The notes below the pieces were generated by a model. It was not told the origin of the DNA. It made no database searches and was given only the letters and a program-made list of their open reading frames with translations. From the NCBI GenBank assembly GCA_015075075.1, contig JABTVA010000008.1, forward strand, positions 50,215-114,214: DNA of 64,000 nucleotides, in the 5' to 3' direction. This DNA comes from Deltaproteobacteria bacterium. Lineage in GTDB: Bacteria > Desulfobacterota > GWC2-55-46. The position numbers and the translations under genes are program-made. Shown here in pieces: positions 1 through 10,090 of this stretch (positions are counted from its first letter, which is position 1; every line of letters begins with the position of its first letter).

Positions 1-285
1 AAAGAGCTTAAGCAGCCTAAAGAATGGGTCTATTTTATAGTCCAGGAACGGATCGGAAAAACCGTATCATCCCTCACTGAATTAGGCGAACGCGATATTC
101 AGAAGTTATATCGAATTCTGATGTCTATGGGTAGATAGAAATCGAGTAGCTATAAATCAAAAAGTTATTGATTCTATACCTGCAAGTCCTGCCACATCCA
201 AGCACTTCCCACACGCGCGGCGCGATTTTTAGCATTTCCCCCTAACTTCCTTTAACAATCCCCAATAATCAAGCACGTCGGGATA

Positions 286-1473
286 TTGAGCGCCCTTCCG
301 CACCTCTTCGCCTCCATCATACAACTGAAGGGCCCGGACATAACGGAGAAGCTCCGTTCCCGGAAGCTCGCCGTGGGGCTTTTCATCCTCCTTCAGGCAT
401 TGATGCTCCCGCTGATGGTGGGGAGCTATTTCCTGGGCGACTGGAAGGTCGCGGCCTTCATAGCGGTTGTTGCGCTCTTTACGGCGTTCGGAGCCATCAC
501 GGTGCCGGCATGGGGGAGCCTCATGTCCGATCTGGTCGAGGAAGACAGGAGGGGCGAGTTCTTCGGCTGGCTCCAGAAGATCCTCGCCATAGTAACTGTA
601 TTAGCCACCTTCGTCGCCGGTTTCGTCCTCCACAGGGCCGAGAGGTCGGACGCCTTCTGGGGCTTTGCCGCCATATTCGGGCTTGCCTTCGCCTTCAGGC
701 TCGGCTCGTGGAGATACTTGAGAAAGATGCACGAGCCGCGCCTTGTAAGGAAGGAAGAGGATTACTTCTCTCTCCTGGATTTCGTCTCGAGGCTCCACAA
801 GAGCAACTTCCTCAAGTTCGTGGTCTTTGTCTCGGCCATGAAGTTCGCGGTCAATATCGCCTCCCCGTTCTTCGCGGTCCTGATGCTCAAGAACCTGGGG
901 TTCGGCTACATGACATTCACCCTGGTCACCCTTGCCGCGACAATGGCGACCATACTCTCCATAAAGCGGTGGGGCGTGCACGCGGACAGGGTCGGGAACC
1001 TGAAGGTGCTCCGCTCGACCTCAGTGCTCGTGGCCCTGATACCGCTCTTCTGGCTCGTGAACCAGAACCCCGTCTATCTCTTTTTCGTGCAGGTCTTCTC
1101 CGGGTTTGCGTGGGCCGGCTTCAACCTCTCGGCCTCGAATTTCATATACGACGCCGCGTCGCCCGGGAAAAGGGAGAGGTGCATCGCGTATTACAACTTC
1201 TTCGGGGGCGCGTCGCTCGCCCTCGGCTCTCTTCTCGGCGGCTGGCTTGCATGGGTCCTGCCCACGGGCTTTCTGGAGTTCAGGACCATGAACCTCATAC
1301 TCATATCCGCGATACTCCGCCTGGCGGTCGCGTTCTTCCTGCCTTTCAGGCTGAAGGAGGTGAGGGAGGTGGAGAAGATACGGACGCACGAGCTACTTTT
1401 CAGCATGCTGAGGCTCGGGCCCGCTCTGGCCCGGCTCGGGCGCGGGACAGGGAGGAAGGGGTTTACTTCGTGA
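286..1473 (+). CDS. MFS-type multi-TM transporter
   Basis: 395-aa ORF dominated by hydrophobic helices with MFS-like loop motifs. It is preceded by an AT-rich segment, so the true start is uncertain. Confidence 0.55.
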   Translation: MSALPHLFASIIQLKGPDITEKLRSRKLAVGLFILLQALMLPLMVGSYFLGDWKVAAFIAVVALFTAFGAITVPAWGSLMSDLVEEDRRGEFFGWLQKILAIVTVLATFVAGFVLHRAERSDAFWGFAAIFGLAFAFRLGSWRYLRKMHEPRLVRKEEDYFSLLDFVSRLHKSNFLKFVVFVSAMKFAVNIASPFFAVLMLKNLGFGYMTFTLVTLAATMATILSIKRWGVHADRVGNLKVLRSTSVLVALIPLFWLVNQNPVYLFFVQVFSGFAWAGFNLSASNFIYDAASPGKRERCIAYYNFFGGASLALGSLLGGWLAWVLPTGFLEFRTMNLILISAILRLAVAFFLPFRLKEVREVEKIRTHELLFSMLRLGPALARLGRGTGRKGFTS

Positions 1474-2470
1474 GGTATGAGCCCAGGGTCTCCCTCGTGC
1501 CCTCGAAGGTGGAGACGGTCTTTCTTGCCCACTCGGGCCTGACTTCGTACCCTTTGCTATCGGCGTAGCACGCGTCCACCGCCTCGCGGAGCACTTTGGT
1601 CATCGCGGCGACGTAGCTTTTTGTCCGCTGCCTGCCCTCTATCTTGAGGGCCGAAACGCCCGCGTCCATAAGGCCGGGCAGCACCCGGAGGACGTTCAGC
1701 GATTCCGGTTCCTCGAAGGCGTACTCGTAGCTCCCGCCAGGCGTCACATACCTCCCCTTGCAGCAGGTGGGATACGGCGAGGACTCGTCCTTGCCGAGCC
1801 TGTTGAGAGTGACCCCGTTCAGCGCGATGCTCATTCCGCCGTCCGCGGAAGGGTTGAAGCGGACGAACCTTGAAGGGGAGCACGCCCCTTCCGTATTGGT
1901 GGACGCGCCCGTGACCCAGGAGGAGAGATAGCACCTGCCTTCGATGTTTATGCAGAGGCCGCCGAGGGCGAAGACCTCAATCTCGGCGTCCGTCCTCTCC
2001 TTCAGGCGCTTCATCTCCTCGATTGTGAGCACCCGCGGCAAAACGACCCGTTTTATGCCGAAGTGCTTCCTGTAGAAGTTTATGGATTCGTAATTCGACG
2101 AGCTTGCCTGCGTTGAGAGGTGGAGGACCGAATCCGGGTGGCGCTCCCTGGCGTATTTGAGTATGCCGAGGTTGGCTATTATCACGGCGTCAGCGCCGAG
2201 CTCCACCGCCGCATCAACGGCCTTGTACCATTTGCCGGAGGTATCACCCTGCGGGAAGGTGTTTATCGCCACATAGAATTTCCGCCCCTTCGACCTGACG
2301 TACCCTATGCCGTCGGCTATCTCGGCGGGCGTGAAGTTGAGCCCCTCGAAGTTCCGGGCGTTTGTCGAGTCGCTGAAGCCCAGGTATACGGCGTCGGCCC
2401 CGTTGTCGATAGCGGCCTTAAGCGAGGCCAGGTTCCCGGCAGGGGACACAATCTCCGGTTTCCCTTTCAT
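1463..2470 (-). CDS. Peptidase U32 family (collagenase-like) protein
   Basis: 335-aa ORF with an N-terminal TIM-barrel-like 'GADAVYLG...NARNF' segment and the conserved Cys-rich C-terminal region typical of U32 peptidases. Confidence 0.8.
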   Translation of the reverse strand: MKGKPEIVSPAGNLASLKAAIDNGADAVYLGFSDSTNARNFEGLNFTPAEIADGIGYVRSKGRKFYVAINTFPQGDTSGKWYKAVDAAVELGADAVIIANLGILKYARERHPDSVLHLSTQASSSNYESINFYRKHFGIKRVVLPRVLTIEEMKRLKERTDAEIEVFALGGLCINIEGRCYLSSWVTGASTNTEGACSPSRFVRFNPSADGGMSIALNGVTLNRLGKDESSPYPTCCKGRYVTPGGSYEYAFEEPESLNVLRVLPGLMDAGVSALKIEGRQRTKSYVAAMTKVLREAVDACYADSKGYEVRPEWARKTVSTFEGTRETLGSYLTK

Positions 2471-2620
2471 GTGACCTCCACGCTTTTTTTATGGTACGCA
2501 CCAATATACAATTTCATATATTCCCGGTCAAACGCCGGATTTCCTGAAATATCCTTTATCTGGAGAGAATTGTCAAAGGCGGGTATCCGTGCCGGCAGCC
2601 CGGCACGGACCGAAGATATG

Positions 2621-3034
2621 TCAGAACGGCACGTCGTCTATGTCGCTTGGCGGAACGTCGTCTGCCGAGACGTCGGAGGCTCCCGCGGATGCGCCGGACT
2701 CGCCCCTGGACCCGAGCATCTGCATGATGTTGGCGAGGATCTCGGTCGTGTACTTTTTGTTGCCGTCCTTGTCCTCCCAGCTCCTTGTCTGAATCTTCCC
2801 CTCTATGTAGACCTGCTTGCCCTTGGAGAGGTACTCGCCGCATATCTCGGCGAGCTTGCCGAAGGCCACCACCCTGTGCCATTCGGTCTTGGTCTCCTTC
2901 TGCCCGTCCCTGTTGGCCCTGGTCTCGCTCGTGGCCAGCCTGAAGTTTGCCACCGCCATTCCGCCGGGGGTATAGCGCATCTCCGGGTCCGCGCCCAGGT
3001 TGCCGACCAGGATGACCTTGTTTATGCCTGCCAT
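2621..3034 (-). CDS. ssb: Single-stranded DNA-binding protein
   Basis: 137 aa. N-terminal OB-fold '[25 protein letters not shown]...' and acidic C-terminal tail '...DDVPF' are the canonical SSB signature. Confidence 0.92.
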   Translation of the reverse strand: MAGINKVILVGNLGADPEMRYTPGGMAVANFRLATSETRANRDGQKETKTEWHRVVAFGKLAEICGEYLSKGKQVYIEGKIQTRSWEDKDGNKKYTTEILANIMQMLGSRGESGASAGASDVSADDVPPSDIDDVPF

Positions 3035-3097
3035 GTGGACGTTCTCCTTTCAGATTGTGCGGCTATTATAACTACCGGCATGGCCGGTTGCAAGCCA

Positions 3098-4609
3098 TTA
3101 TTCCCCGGAGACGGCCCCCCATGCCTCAAGGTCCTTGAGATACCGATAGGCCGCCGGGTCCCCGAGCTCGTGCGCCTTTTTCATGCTGAGATATGAGTTC
3201 CTCCCGTCGCCGAGGTGCATGTAGGCCTTGCCGAGGTCTATGTGCATCGAGGAATCGGAAGGGTCGAGATCCGCTGCCTTCCGGAAGTCTTCGAGGGCGT
3301 CCCCGTACCGGCCCGCGATGGCATGGGCCGTGCCGCGCCCCTTGAACCCCTGTGCGTTGTCCGGGTATAACGCTATCTGGCGGCCCCATAACGTGAGAGA
3401 GTCCTTCCAGACCGCCTGTTGCCTGAATGTCATGGCGGAGAAGATGGCCGAAACCATGAAGACGGCCAGCAGCACTGGGAAGAAGGCCTTCGCGCGCCTC
3501 CGGACCGCCCAACCTGCGCCTGCGGAGGCAAGCATCGCGAAGCCTATGCCGGGGATGTACATGAACCTGTCGGCGGCGGCGTGCATCCCGACCTGCAATA
3601 TGCCGATTATCGGAAGGAGAGTCATAAGGAAGTAGGCCCATACGGAAACACAGACCCTGCTCCACCTGCAAAGATAGACGGCGAGCGCGGTAATCGCCGA
3701 AAGCGCAAGGACGTAAACCGCGAAGAGCGTATCGAGGCCCGCGGGGAAATCGCGGGGATAGAGCGGGGCGAGGTTGACCGGGATAAGCGTTTTATAGATA
3801 TAAAAAAGATAGCCCCTGGCGGTGATGTGCAGGCGGCCCTCAAGCGGGAGCGCTTCCGCGGATATTATGACGCTGTCCACAGTATGAGACCAGACGTTCA
3901 GAAGCCCCGTTGCCATGCTCAACGCGAAGAAGGGGGCCTTCTCCAGCACGAGCCTCTTCCAACCGTCAGTCCTGGACCTCTCAAGGGGGTAGAAGTCGAG
4001 TATGAGTAGCACAAGAGGCATGGTGACGGTCATGGGTTTACTGAGAAGCGACAGGACGAAAAAGACGAGCGTAAGCGCGTAGGATAATGCCTTCCGGCCC
4101 CGTGCATAGCTCAGATAGGCGTGCAGGCCCAGGAGGAAGAAAAAGGCGTTAAGGACGTCCTTCCTTTCGCTCACCCATGCGACCGATTCGACCTTGAGCG
4201 GGTGGAGCCCGAAGAGGAGGCCCGCTGAAAGGGCGATTATGAAGAGCGCCTTCGGCCTGAGGCCGCCCCTTGCTGACGCGAGCCTCGTTGCCAGCAGGGC
4301 CACGAGGAAGGCGTTCGCGCCGTGGAGTATCGCATTTGAAAGGTGGTAGCCGAAAGGGTCGAGGCCCCAGAACGCGTAATCGAGCGAGAAGGAGAGGAGC
4401 GTAACCGGGATCCAGGCGCCGTTCGCGAACGAGGTGAAGACGGCCTCGAGGTTCAGGCCCCGGATAGCCGTGTTGTTATGGACGTACATGAGGTCGTCCC
4501 AGTTGACGAAATCGAACGAGAGGGAGGGAAGGTAGATGACGAAAGAGGCCAGGGCCGATATGAGTGCGGCAACGAGGACTATCTTCGGTTGTCTTCTGTT
4601 TTCATTCAT
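3098..4609 (-). CDS. GT-C-fold (PMT_2/TMTC-like, DUF1736-type) membrane protein with C-terminal TPR repeats, paralog 1
   Basis: 503 aa. Multi-TM N-domain with an 'FDFVNWDD' loop motif (DD/DE motif of PMT/TMTC-type glycosyltransferases). C-terminal soluble TPR repeats ('...GRYGDALEDFRKAADLDP...'). First of four tandem paralogs. Confidence 0.7.
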   Translation of the reverse strand: MNENRRQPKIVLVAALISALASFVIYLPSLSFDFVNWDDLMYVHNNTAIRGLNLEAVFTSFANGAWIPVTLLSFSLDYAFWGLDPFGYHLSNAILHGANAFLVALLATRLASARGGLRPKALFIIALSAGLLFGLHPLKVESVAWVSERKDVLNAFFFLLGLHAYLSYARGRKALSYALTLVFFVLSLLSKPMTVTMPLVLLILDFYPLERSRTDGWKRLVLEKAPFFALSMATGLLNVWSHTVDSVIISAEALPLEGRLHITARGYLFYIYKTLIPVNLAPLYPRDFPAGLDTLFAVYVLALSAITALAVYLCRWSRVCVSVWAYFLMTLLPIIGILQVGMHAAADRFMYIPGIGFAMLASAGAGWAVRRRAKAFFPVLLAVFMVSAIFSAMTFRQQAVWKDSLTLWGRQIALYPDNAQGFKGRGTAHAIAGRYGDALEDFRKAADLDPSDSSMHIDLGKAYMHLGDGRNSYLSMKKAHELGDPAAYRYLKDLEAWGAVSGE

Positions 4610-4635
4610 TTCCGGTCCTGATCATCGGGGCCAGC

Positions 4636-6441
4636 TCATTTACCCGGGCCCTGCGCTTCGAGGTCCTTCAGATACCTTGAAGCCGCCGGGTCCCCGAGGT
4701 CATGGGCCCGCTTCATGCTGAGGTACGAGTTTTCGCTGTCGCCCAGGTGCATGTAGGCCTTTCCGAGGTCTATGTGCGCCGAAGGGTCCGCGGGGTCGAG
4801 CAGGACGGCGTTCTTGAAGTCCTCGACCGCCTTCCCGTACTGGCCTGAGATGGCATGTGCAACGCCGCGGGCCCTGTAAGCGTCCTTGTTCCGGGGGTCC
4901 CCGTCCAGGACGAACGTGAGGTCCGCGATCCCCTCCTCGAACCTGCCGGCGTTTACAAGGGCGCCCCCGCGTTTCATATAGGCGTCGGTCGATACCGGGC
5001 CGAGCTCTATCGCCCGGTCCAGGTTTTCGATGGCAAGGTCGAATTTACCGAGGCTTATATACGCGTTGGCGCGGTTCATGAACCCGCTCGCCGTGTCCGG
5101 GGTGATCCTGCCAAGGTCCTCCATGGCGAGGTCGAGCCTCCCCTGGACGAGATAGGCGTTCCCCCGGTTTACATACCCGTATGGATGGTCCGGGAAGAGC
5201 CTTATCTGCTGGTTCCAGAGTGAGAAAGAGTCCTTCCATACGGATATCTGCTTGAGCGCAAGAATTGAGAGCAATGCCGAGGCCGCGATAATTACAGCCA
5301 GGACCGGCGCGAACGCGCCCTTTTTCCTTTCCGCCAGCCTCCCGGCCCCTGCCGCGACGAGCACGGCGATCCCCATGCCAGGGATATATGTGTACCTGTC
5401 AGCCGCGGCCTGCATCCCCACCTGCACGAGCCCTATTACCGGGATTAGCGTTATCACGAAGTAGGCCCAGACCGCGATGAAGGCCCAGCTCCGCCTCCGA
5501 AGTAAAATCGCGAGCGCGGTCAGGGCCGAAAGCGCGAGCACATAGAGGGCGAAAAGGCCAGGTCCCATAGCGAAGTCGCGGGGGTATACAGGCGCAAGAT
5601 TGACCGGCACGAGGGTCTTGTAGATATAGAAGAGATAGCCCCGGGCCGCGATATGGAGACGGCTCCCGAAGGCAAGCTCTTCTGCCGGGACCATTGCCAT
5701 GGTCTGGGACCACATGGTAGCGAGCACGGCTGCCAGGCTCAATATGATAAAAGGGAGCTTCTCTATTATTAGCCTTTTCCAGCCGTCTTTTCTATGCCTC
5801 CCGAGCGGATACAGGTCGAGTATCAATAAAACCAGCGGCATGGTTACGGTCATGGGCTTGCTGAGGAGCGATAAAACAAAAAAGACGAGCGTCAAAACAT
5901 ATGAGGAAGCCTTTTTGGTTTTGGCGTAGCCGAGATAGGAAAGGACACCCAGGAGGAAAAAGAAGGCGTTAAGGACGTCCTTCCTTTCGCTTATCCAGGC
6001 AACCGACTCTACCCTGAGGGGATGGAGCCCGAATAGGAGCCCGGCTGAAATGGCTATTATGAAGAGCGCCTTTGCATTCGAGCCCCTTGTCCCCGCGAGC
6101 CTTGCCGCGAGCAGGGCCACAAGGAAAACGTTAGCCGCGTGGAGCGCCGAGTTCGTCAGGTGATAGCCCAATGGGTTAAGCCCCCAGAGGGCGTAATCGA
6201 GAGAGAGGGATAGGAACGTTACAGGGACCCACGTCCCGAGGATGACGGATGTAAAGGCCCACTTGAGGCCGGGCCCCTGCAATCGGGGGTTCTCATAGAC
6301 GTAGAGCTGGTCGTCCCAGTTTACGAAATCGAAGCCGAGGGAAGGGAGATAGAGCGCGAATGCGGCTATGGCCGATAAGAGGGCCGCGATGAGGATTATG
6401 TTTTCTGGTTTGCGGTTATCCGGCATACCGGAACGGTCCAT
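4636..6441 (-). CDS. GT-C-fold (PMT_2/TMTC-like) membrane protein with C-terminal TPR repeats, paralog 2
   Basis: 601 aa. Same architecture as paralog 1 ('FDFVNWDD' loop, about 11 TM helices, longer TPR domain). Confidence 0.7.
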   Translation of the reverse strand: MDRSGMPDNRKPENIILIAALLSAIAAFALYLPSLGFDFVNWDDQLYVYENPRLQGPGLKWAFTSVILGTWVPVTFLSLSLDYALWGLNPLGYHLTNSALHAANVFLVALLAARLAGTRGSNAKALFIIAISAGLLFGLHPLRVESVAWISERKDVLNAFFFLLGVLSYLGYAKTKKASSYVLTLVFFVLSLLSKPMTVTMPLVLLILDLYPLGRHRKDGWKRLIIEKLPFIILSLAAVLATMWSQTMAMVPAEELAFGSRLHIAARGYLFYIYKTLVPVNLAPVYPRDFAMGPGLFALYVLALSALTALAILLRRRSWAFIAVWAYFVITLIPVIGLVQVGMQAAADRYTYIPGMGIAVLVAAGAGRLAERKKGAFAPVLAVIIAASALLSILALKQISVWKDSFSLWNQQIRLFPDHPYGYVNRGNAYLVQGRLDLAMEDLGRITPDTASGFMNRANAYISLGKFDLAIENLDRAIELGPVSTDAYMKRGGALVNAGRFEEGIADLTFVLDGDPRNKDAYRARGVAHAISGQYGKAVEDFKNAVLLDPADPSAHIDLGKAYMHLGDSENSYLSMKRAHDLGDPAASRYLKDLEAQGPGK

Positions 6442-6671
6442 ATGAAGATTGTTGAAGGTTTTCAGGAGTTTACCACCGGGGCCCGCCGGTTTGCAAGCCG
6501 ATATTACCTTTGTCCGGCGCCCCTGGCCTCAAGGTCCGAAATGTATCTGGAGGCAGAAGTGTCGCCGAGCTCAAGCGCCTTTCTCATGCTGGCGTATGAT
6601 CTCTCGAAATTGCCGAGGTGCATATATACCTTGCCGAGGTCAATGTGCGCGGACGGGTCCGAGGGGTCGAG
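6371..6671. repeat. Near-identical ~300-bp segmental duplication, copy A (gene 3 end / intergenic / gene 2 start)
   Basis: Direct sequence comparison. Positions 6380-6612 match 8170-8402 exactly, with scattered mismatches beyond. Confidence 0.9.
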
Positions 6672-8228
6672 CGCAATCGCCTTCTGGAAGTCTTTAAGCG
6701 CATCGACGTAACGGCCTGCAAGGGCGTATGCCGTGCCGCGCGCCTTGTATACGGCCTTGCTTTCAGGGTCCGAATCCACTAACACGGTGAGGTCGGCGAT
6801 CCCTTTATCGAGCCTGCCCGCATTTACGAGGGCTACTCCGCGATTGAAATATATCTCGTTTATGAACGAAGGATGGAGGCTTACGCTCTTGTCCAGGTCT
6901 TTGATGGCATCTTCGTACATTCCCTTGGCAAGGTACACGGCGCCGCGGTTTACGTACCCGTATGCATAATCCGGGAAGAGCCTGACCTGATGGCTCCAGA
7001 GGGACAGTGAGTCCTTCCATACTCCAGCCTGCCCGAGCGTAGTGAAAGAGAGAAGGGCCGAGGCCGCTACCACTGAAGCCAGGACCGGCGCGAACGCGCT
7101 CCGGTTCTTTCCCGCGGCCCACCCTGCCCCTGCCGCAGCCAGTACCGCGAGGCCCATCCCCGGAATATAGGTGTATCTGTCGGCCGCGGCCTGCATCCCG
7201 ACCTGCAAAAACCCTATTACCGGGAGGAGCGTTACCGCAAAATAGGCCCAAACGGCTATGAAAACCCCGCTCCGCCTCCTGAGATAGACGGCGAGCGCCG
7301 TAATCGCAAGGAGCGCGAGGGCATAGGCCGCAAAGTGAAGGTTAAGGCCGGTTTGGAAATTCCGCGGGTAAAGTGGGGCGAGGTCCATGGGCGCAAGGGT
7401 CTTGTAGATATAAAAGAGGTAGCCTCTTTCCGCGACATGGAGCCGTCCGCTAAAGACGAGCTCCTGGACCGTGACCATTGCCTTGCTCTGCGACCAGACG
7501 GTGATAAGCCCGGTCGCGAGGCTCAGCATGAAGAAAGGGAGCTTCTCGATAACGGGCCTCGTCCAGCCTTCTTTCCTGAACCTGTCGAATGGGTAGAAGT
7601 CGAGTATCAGGAGCACGAGCGGCATGGTGACGGTCATGGGCTTACTGAGAAGCGAGAGGACGAAAAAGACAAGCGCCAATATATACGACGAGGCTTTTTT
7701 GTGCTTGGCGTAGCCGAGATAGGAAAGGATACCCAGGAGGAAAAAGAACGCGTTCAGGACGTCCTTTCTTTCACTTATCCAGACCACGGACTCTACCCTT
7801 AGCGGATGGAGCCCGAAGAGGAGCCCGGCTGAAAGGGCGATTAAAAATAGCCCCCGTGCCCCGAAGCCGCCTCTTGTCCCCGCGAGCCTCGCGCCGAGCA
7901 AGGCGACAAGAAAGACGTTTGCCGCATGGAGTGCCGAGTTCGTGAGGTGGTATCCCAGCGGGTTCAGTCCCCATATGGCGTAATCGAGCGTGAAGGAGAG
8001 GAAAGTTACTGGCACCCATGTCCCGACCACGACCGAGGTAAAGGCCTGTTTGAGATCCAGGCCCCGGATATCCGGGTTCCCGGTCACGTAGGAAGGGTCG
8101 TCCAGGTCCACGAACTCGAAACCGAGGGAAGGCAGATAGACCGCGAACGAAGCCACGGCCGATAGGAGGGCCGCGATGAGGATTATGTTTTCTGGTTTGC
8201 GGTTATCCGGCATACCGGAACGGTCCAT
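6504..8228 (-). CDS. GT-C-fold (PMT_2/TMTC-like) membrane protein with C-terminal TPR repeats, paralog 3
   Basis: 574 aa. N-terminus identical to paralog 2 ('MDRSGMPDNRKPENIILIAALLSA'). C-terminus identical to paralog 4 ('...SYASMRKALELGDTSASRYISDLEARGAGQR'). Confidence 0.7.
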   Translation of the reverse strand: MDRSGMPDNRKPENIILIAALLSAVASFAVYLPSLGFEFVDLDDPSYVTGNPDIRGLDLKQAFTSVVVGTWVPVTFLSFTLDYAIWGLNPLGYHLTNSALHAANVFLVALLGARLAGTRGGFGARGLFLIALSAGLLFGLHPLRVESVVWISERKDVLNAFFFLLGILSYLGYAKHKKASSYILALVFFVLSLLSKPMTVTMPLVLLILDFYPFDRFRKEGWTRPVIEKLPFFMLSLATGLITVWSQSKAMVTVQELVFSGRLHVAERGYLFYIYKTLAPMDLAPLYPRNFQTGLNLHFAAYALALLAITALAVYLRRRSGVFIAVWAYFAVTLLPVIGFLQVGMQAAADRYTYIPGMGLAVLAAAGAGWAAGKNRSAFAPVLASVVAASALLSFTTLGQAGVWKDSLSLWSHQVRLFPDYAYGYVNRGAVYLAKGMYEDAIKDLDKSVSLHPSFINEIYFNRGVALVNAGRLDKGIADLTVLVDSDPESKAVYKARGTAYALAGRYVDALKDFQKAIALDPSDPSAHIDLGKVYMHLGNFERSYASMRKALELGDTSASRYISDLEARGAGQR

Positions 8229-8461
8229 ATGAAGATTGTTGAAGGTTTTCAGGAGTTTACCACCGGGGCCCGCCGGTTTGCAAGCCGATATTACCTTTGT
8301 CCGGCGCCCCTGGCCTCAAGGTCCGAAATGTATCTGGAGGCAGAAGTGTCGCCGAGCTCAAGCGCCTTTCTCATGCTGGCGTATGATCTTTCGAAATTGC
8401 CGAGGTGCATATATACCTTGCCGAGGTCTATGTGCGCCGAAGGGTCTCCGGGGTCGAGCTC
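8161..8461. repeat. Near-identical ~300-bp segmental duplication, copy B (gene 4 end / intergenic / gene 3 start)
   Basis: See copy A. Includes the identical 62-bp intergenic spacer. Confidence 0.9.
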
Positions 8462-10090
8462 CGCTGCCTTCAGGAAGTCTTCGAGCGCCTCCCCGTATTG
8501 GCCGGAAATGGCGTATGCGGTGCCGCGCGCCCTGAATATGGCCTTGTTCCCCGGGTCTGAATCGAGGACTACAGTAAAATCCGAGATACCTTCCCTGAAC
8601 CTGCCGGCGTTTACGAGGGCGCTCCCGCGGCTTGAGTACGCAGGCAATGTGTTCGGCTCCAGCTCTATGGCCTTATCGAGGTCCGGGATGGCCAGGTCGA
8701 ACCTGCCGAGGGTCAAATAGGCGTTCCCGCGGTTAAAGTACCCGTGGCCGCTTTCAGGAGACATCTTACGGAGGTCCTCTATCGCGGATTCGTTCATGCC
8801 AAGCGCAACATAAGCGGCGCTCCGGTTCACATACCCCTGGCTGTGGGACGGGAAGACCTCTATCTGCCGGCTCCAGAGGGAGACCGGATTTTTCCAGATC
8901 ATTTCCTGCTTGAAGGCGAAAAAGGAGAGTAGCCCCGATGCCGCCAAAACCAGCGCCAAAACGGCCGGGAGACTTTTGCTATTCCTTTTCACAATCCAGC
9001 CTGCCGCGGCGGAAACGAGAATCGCCAGTCCGATGGCCGGAATATATGTATACCTGTCGGCAGCCGCCTGCCTTCCTACCTGCATGAGGCCTATGACAGG
9101 GAGCAGCGTGACCGCGTAGCAGGCCCATGCGGAAATAAAGGCCTTGCTCCATCTACGAAGGTAAAGGGCGAGAATGGTTATGGCTGCAAGCGCCGCGAGG
9201 TAAAGGACCGCCGAAAGGTTAAGGCCTGAGGCGAAGTCGCGGGGGTAGAGGGGCGCAAGGCCGGCCGGGATGACCGACTTGTAAATATAGAATAGATACC
9301 CCCTCGCCGCGATATGGATCCGGTCGGCGAACGGGAGCGCCTCCGGCGGCATCACGGCCTTTCCCTGCGACCAGATGGTCATTAGCCCGGCTGCCAGGCT
9401 CAGCATTAAAAATGGGAGTTTTTCAATTAGCGGCCTCTTCCACCCTTCCCTCTTGAGCCTTTCAAGAGGATAGTAGTCTAATATGAGAAGCACGAGCGGC
9501 ATGGTGACCGTCATGGGCTTACTTAGAAGTGAAAGGACGAAAAGGACGAGCGTCAATACATAGGAGGATGCCTTTTTGTTTTCAGCATACCCGAGATAGG
9601 CGTGGAGGCCGAGGAGAAAGAAGAAGGCGTTCAGGACGTCCTTTCTTTCGCTGACCCATGCCACTGACTCGGCCCTTAGAGGGTGTAGTCCGAAAAGGAG
9701 CCCGGCCGAGAGGGCCATGAGGAATAGCCCGCCTGCCCCGAGACCGCCCCTTCTGCCGGCGAGCCTCGCGGCCAGGAAGGCCACGAGAAAGACGTTGGCG
9801 GAGTGGAGTATCGTGTTCGTGAGGTGGTACCCCAGCGGGTCCAGCCCCCATACGGCGTAATCGAGGGCGAATGACAGGAACGTGAGCGGTATCCAGGTGC
9901 CTACCACGACAGCCGTGAAGGCCCATTTGAGGTCAATGCCCTGGATATCAGGGTTCTCGGATACGTACGCGGGGTCGTCCCAGTCAACGAAATCGAAGCC
10001 CAGGGAAGGGAGATAGAGCGCGAATGCGGCTATAGCGGATATGAGGGCCGCGAGGAAAATAAGTTTAAAAGAATAATCTCTTTCCGGCAT
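8291..10090 (-). CDS. GT-C-fold (PMT_2/TMTC-like) membrane protein with C-terminal TPR repeats, paralog 4
   Basis: 599 aa, same architecture ('FDFVDWDD'). Confidence 0.7.
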   Translation of the reverse strand: MPERDYSFKLIFLAALISAIAAFALYLPSLGFDFVDWDDPAYVSENPDIQGIDLKWAFTAVVVGTWIPLTFLSFALDYAVWGLDPLGYHLTNTILHSANVFLVAFLAARLAGRRGGLGAGGLFLMALSAGLLFGLHPLRAESVAWVSERKDVLNAFFFLLGLHAYLGYAENKKASSYVLTLVLFVLSLLSKPMTVTMPLVLLILDYYPLERLKREGWKRPLIEKLPFLMLSLAAGLMTIWSQGKAVMPPEALPFADRIHIAARGYLFYIYKSVIPAGLAPLYPRDFASGLNLSAVLYLAALAAITILALYLRRWSKAFISAWACYAVTLLPVIGLMQVGRQAAADRYTYIPAIGLAILVSAAAGWIVKRNSKSLPAVLALVLAASGLLSFFAFKQEMIWKNPVSLWSRQIEVFPSHSQGYVNRSAAYVALGMNESAIEDLRKMSPESGHGYFNRGNAYLTLGRFDLAIPDLDKAIELEPNTLPAYSSRGSALVNAGRFREGISDFTVVLDSDPGNKAIFRARGTAYAISGQYGEALEDFLKAAELDPGDPSAHIDLGKVYMHLGNFERSYASMRKALELGDTSASRYISDLEARGAGQR

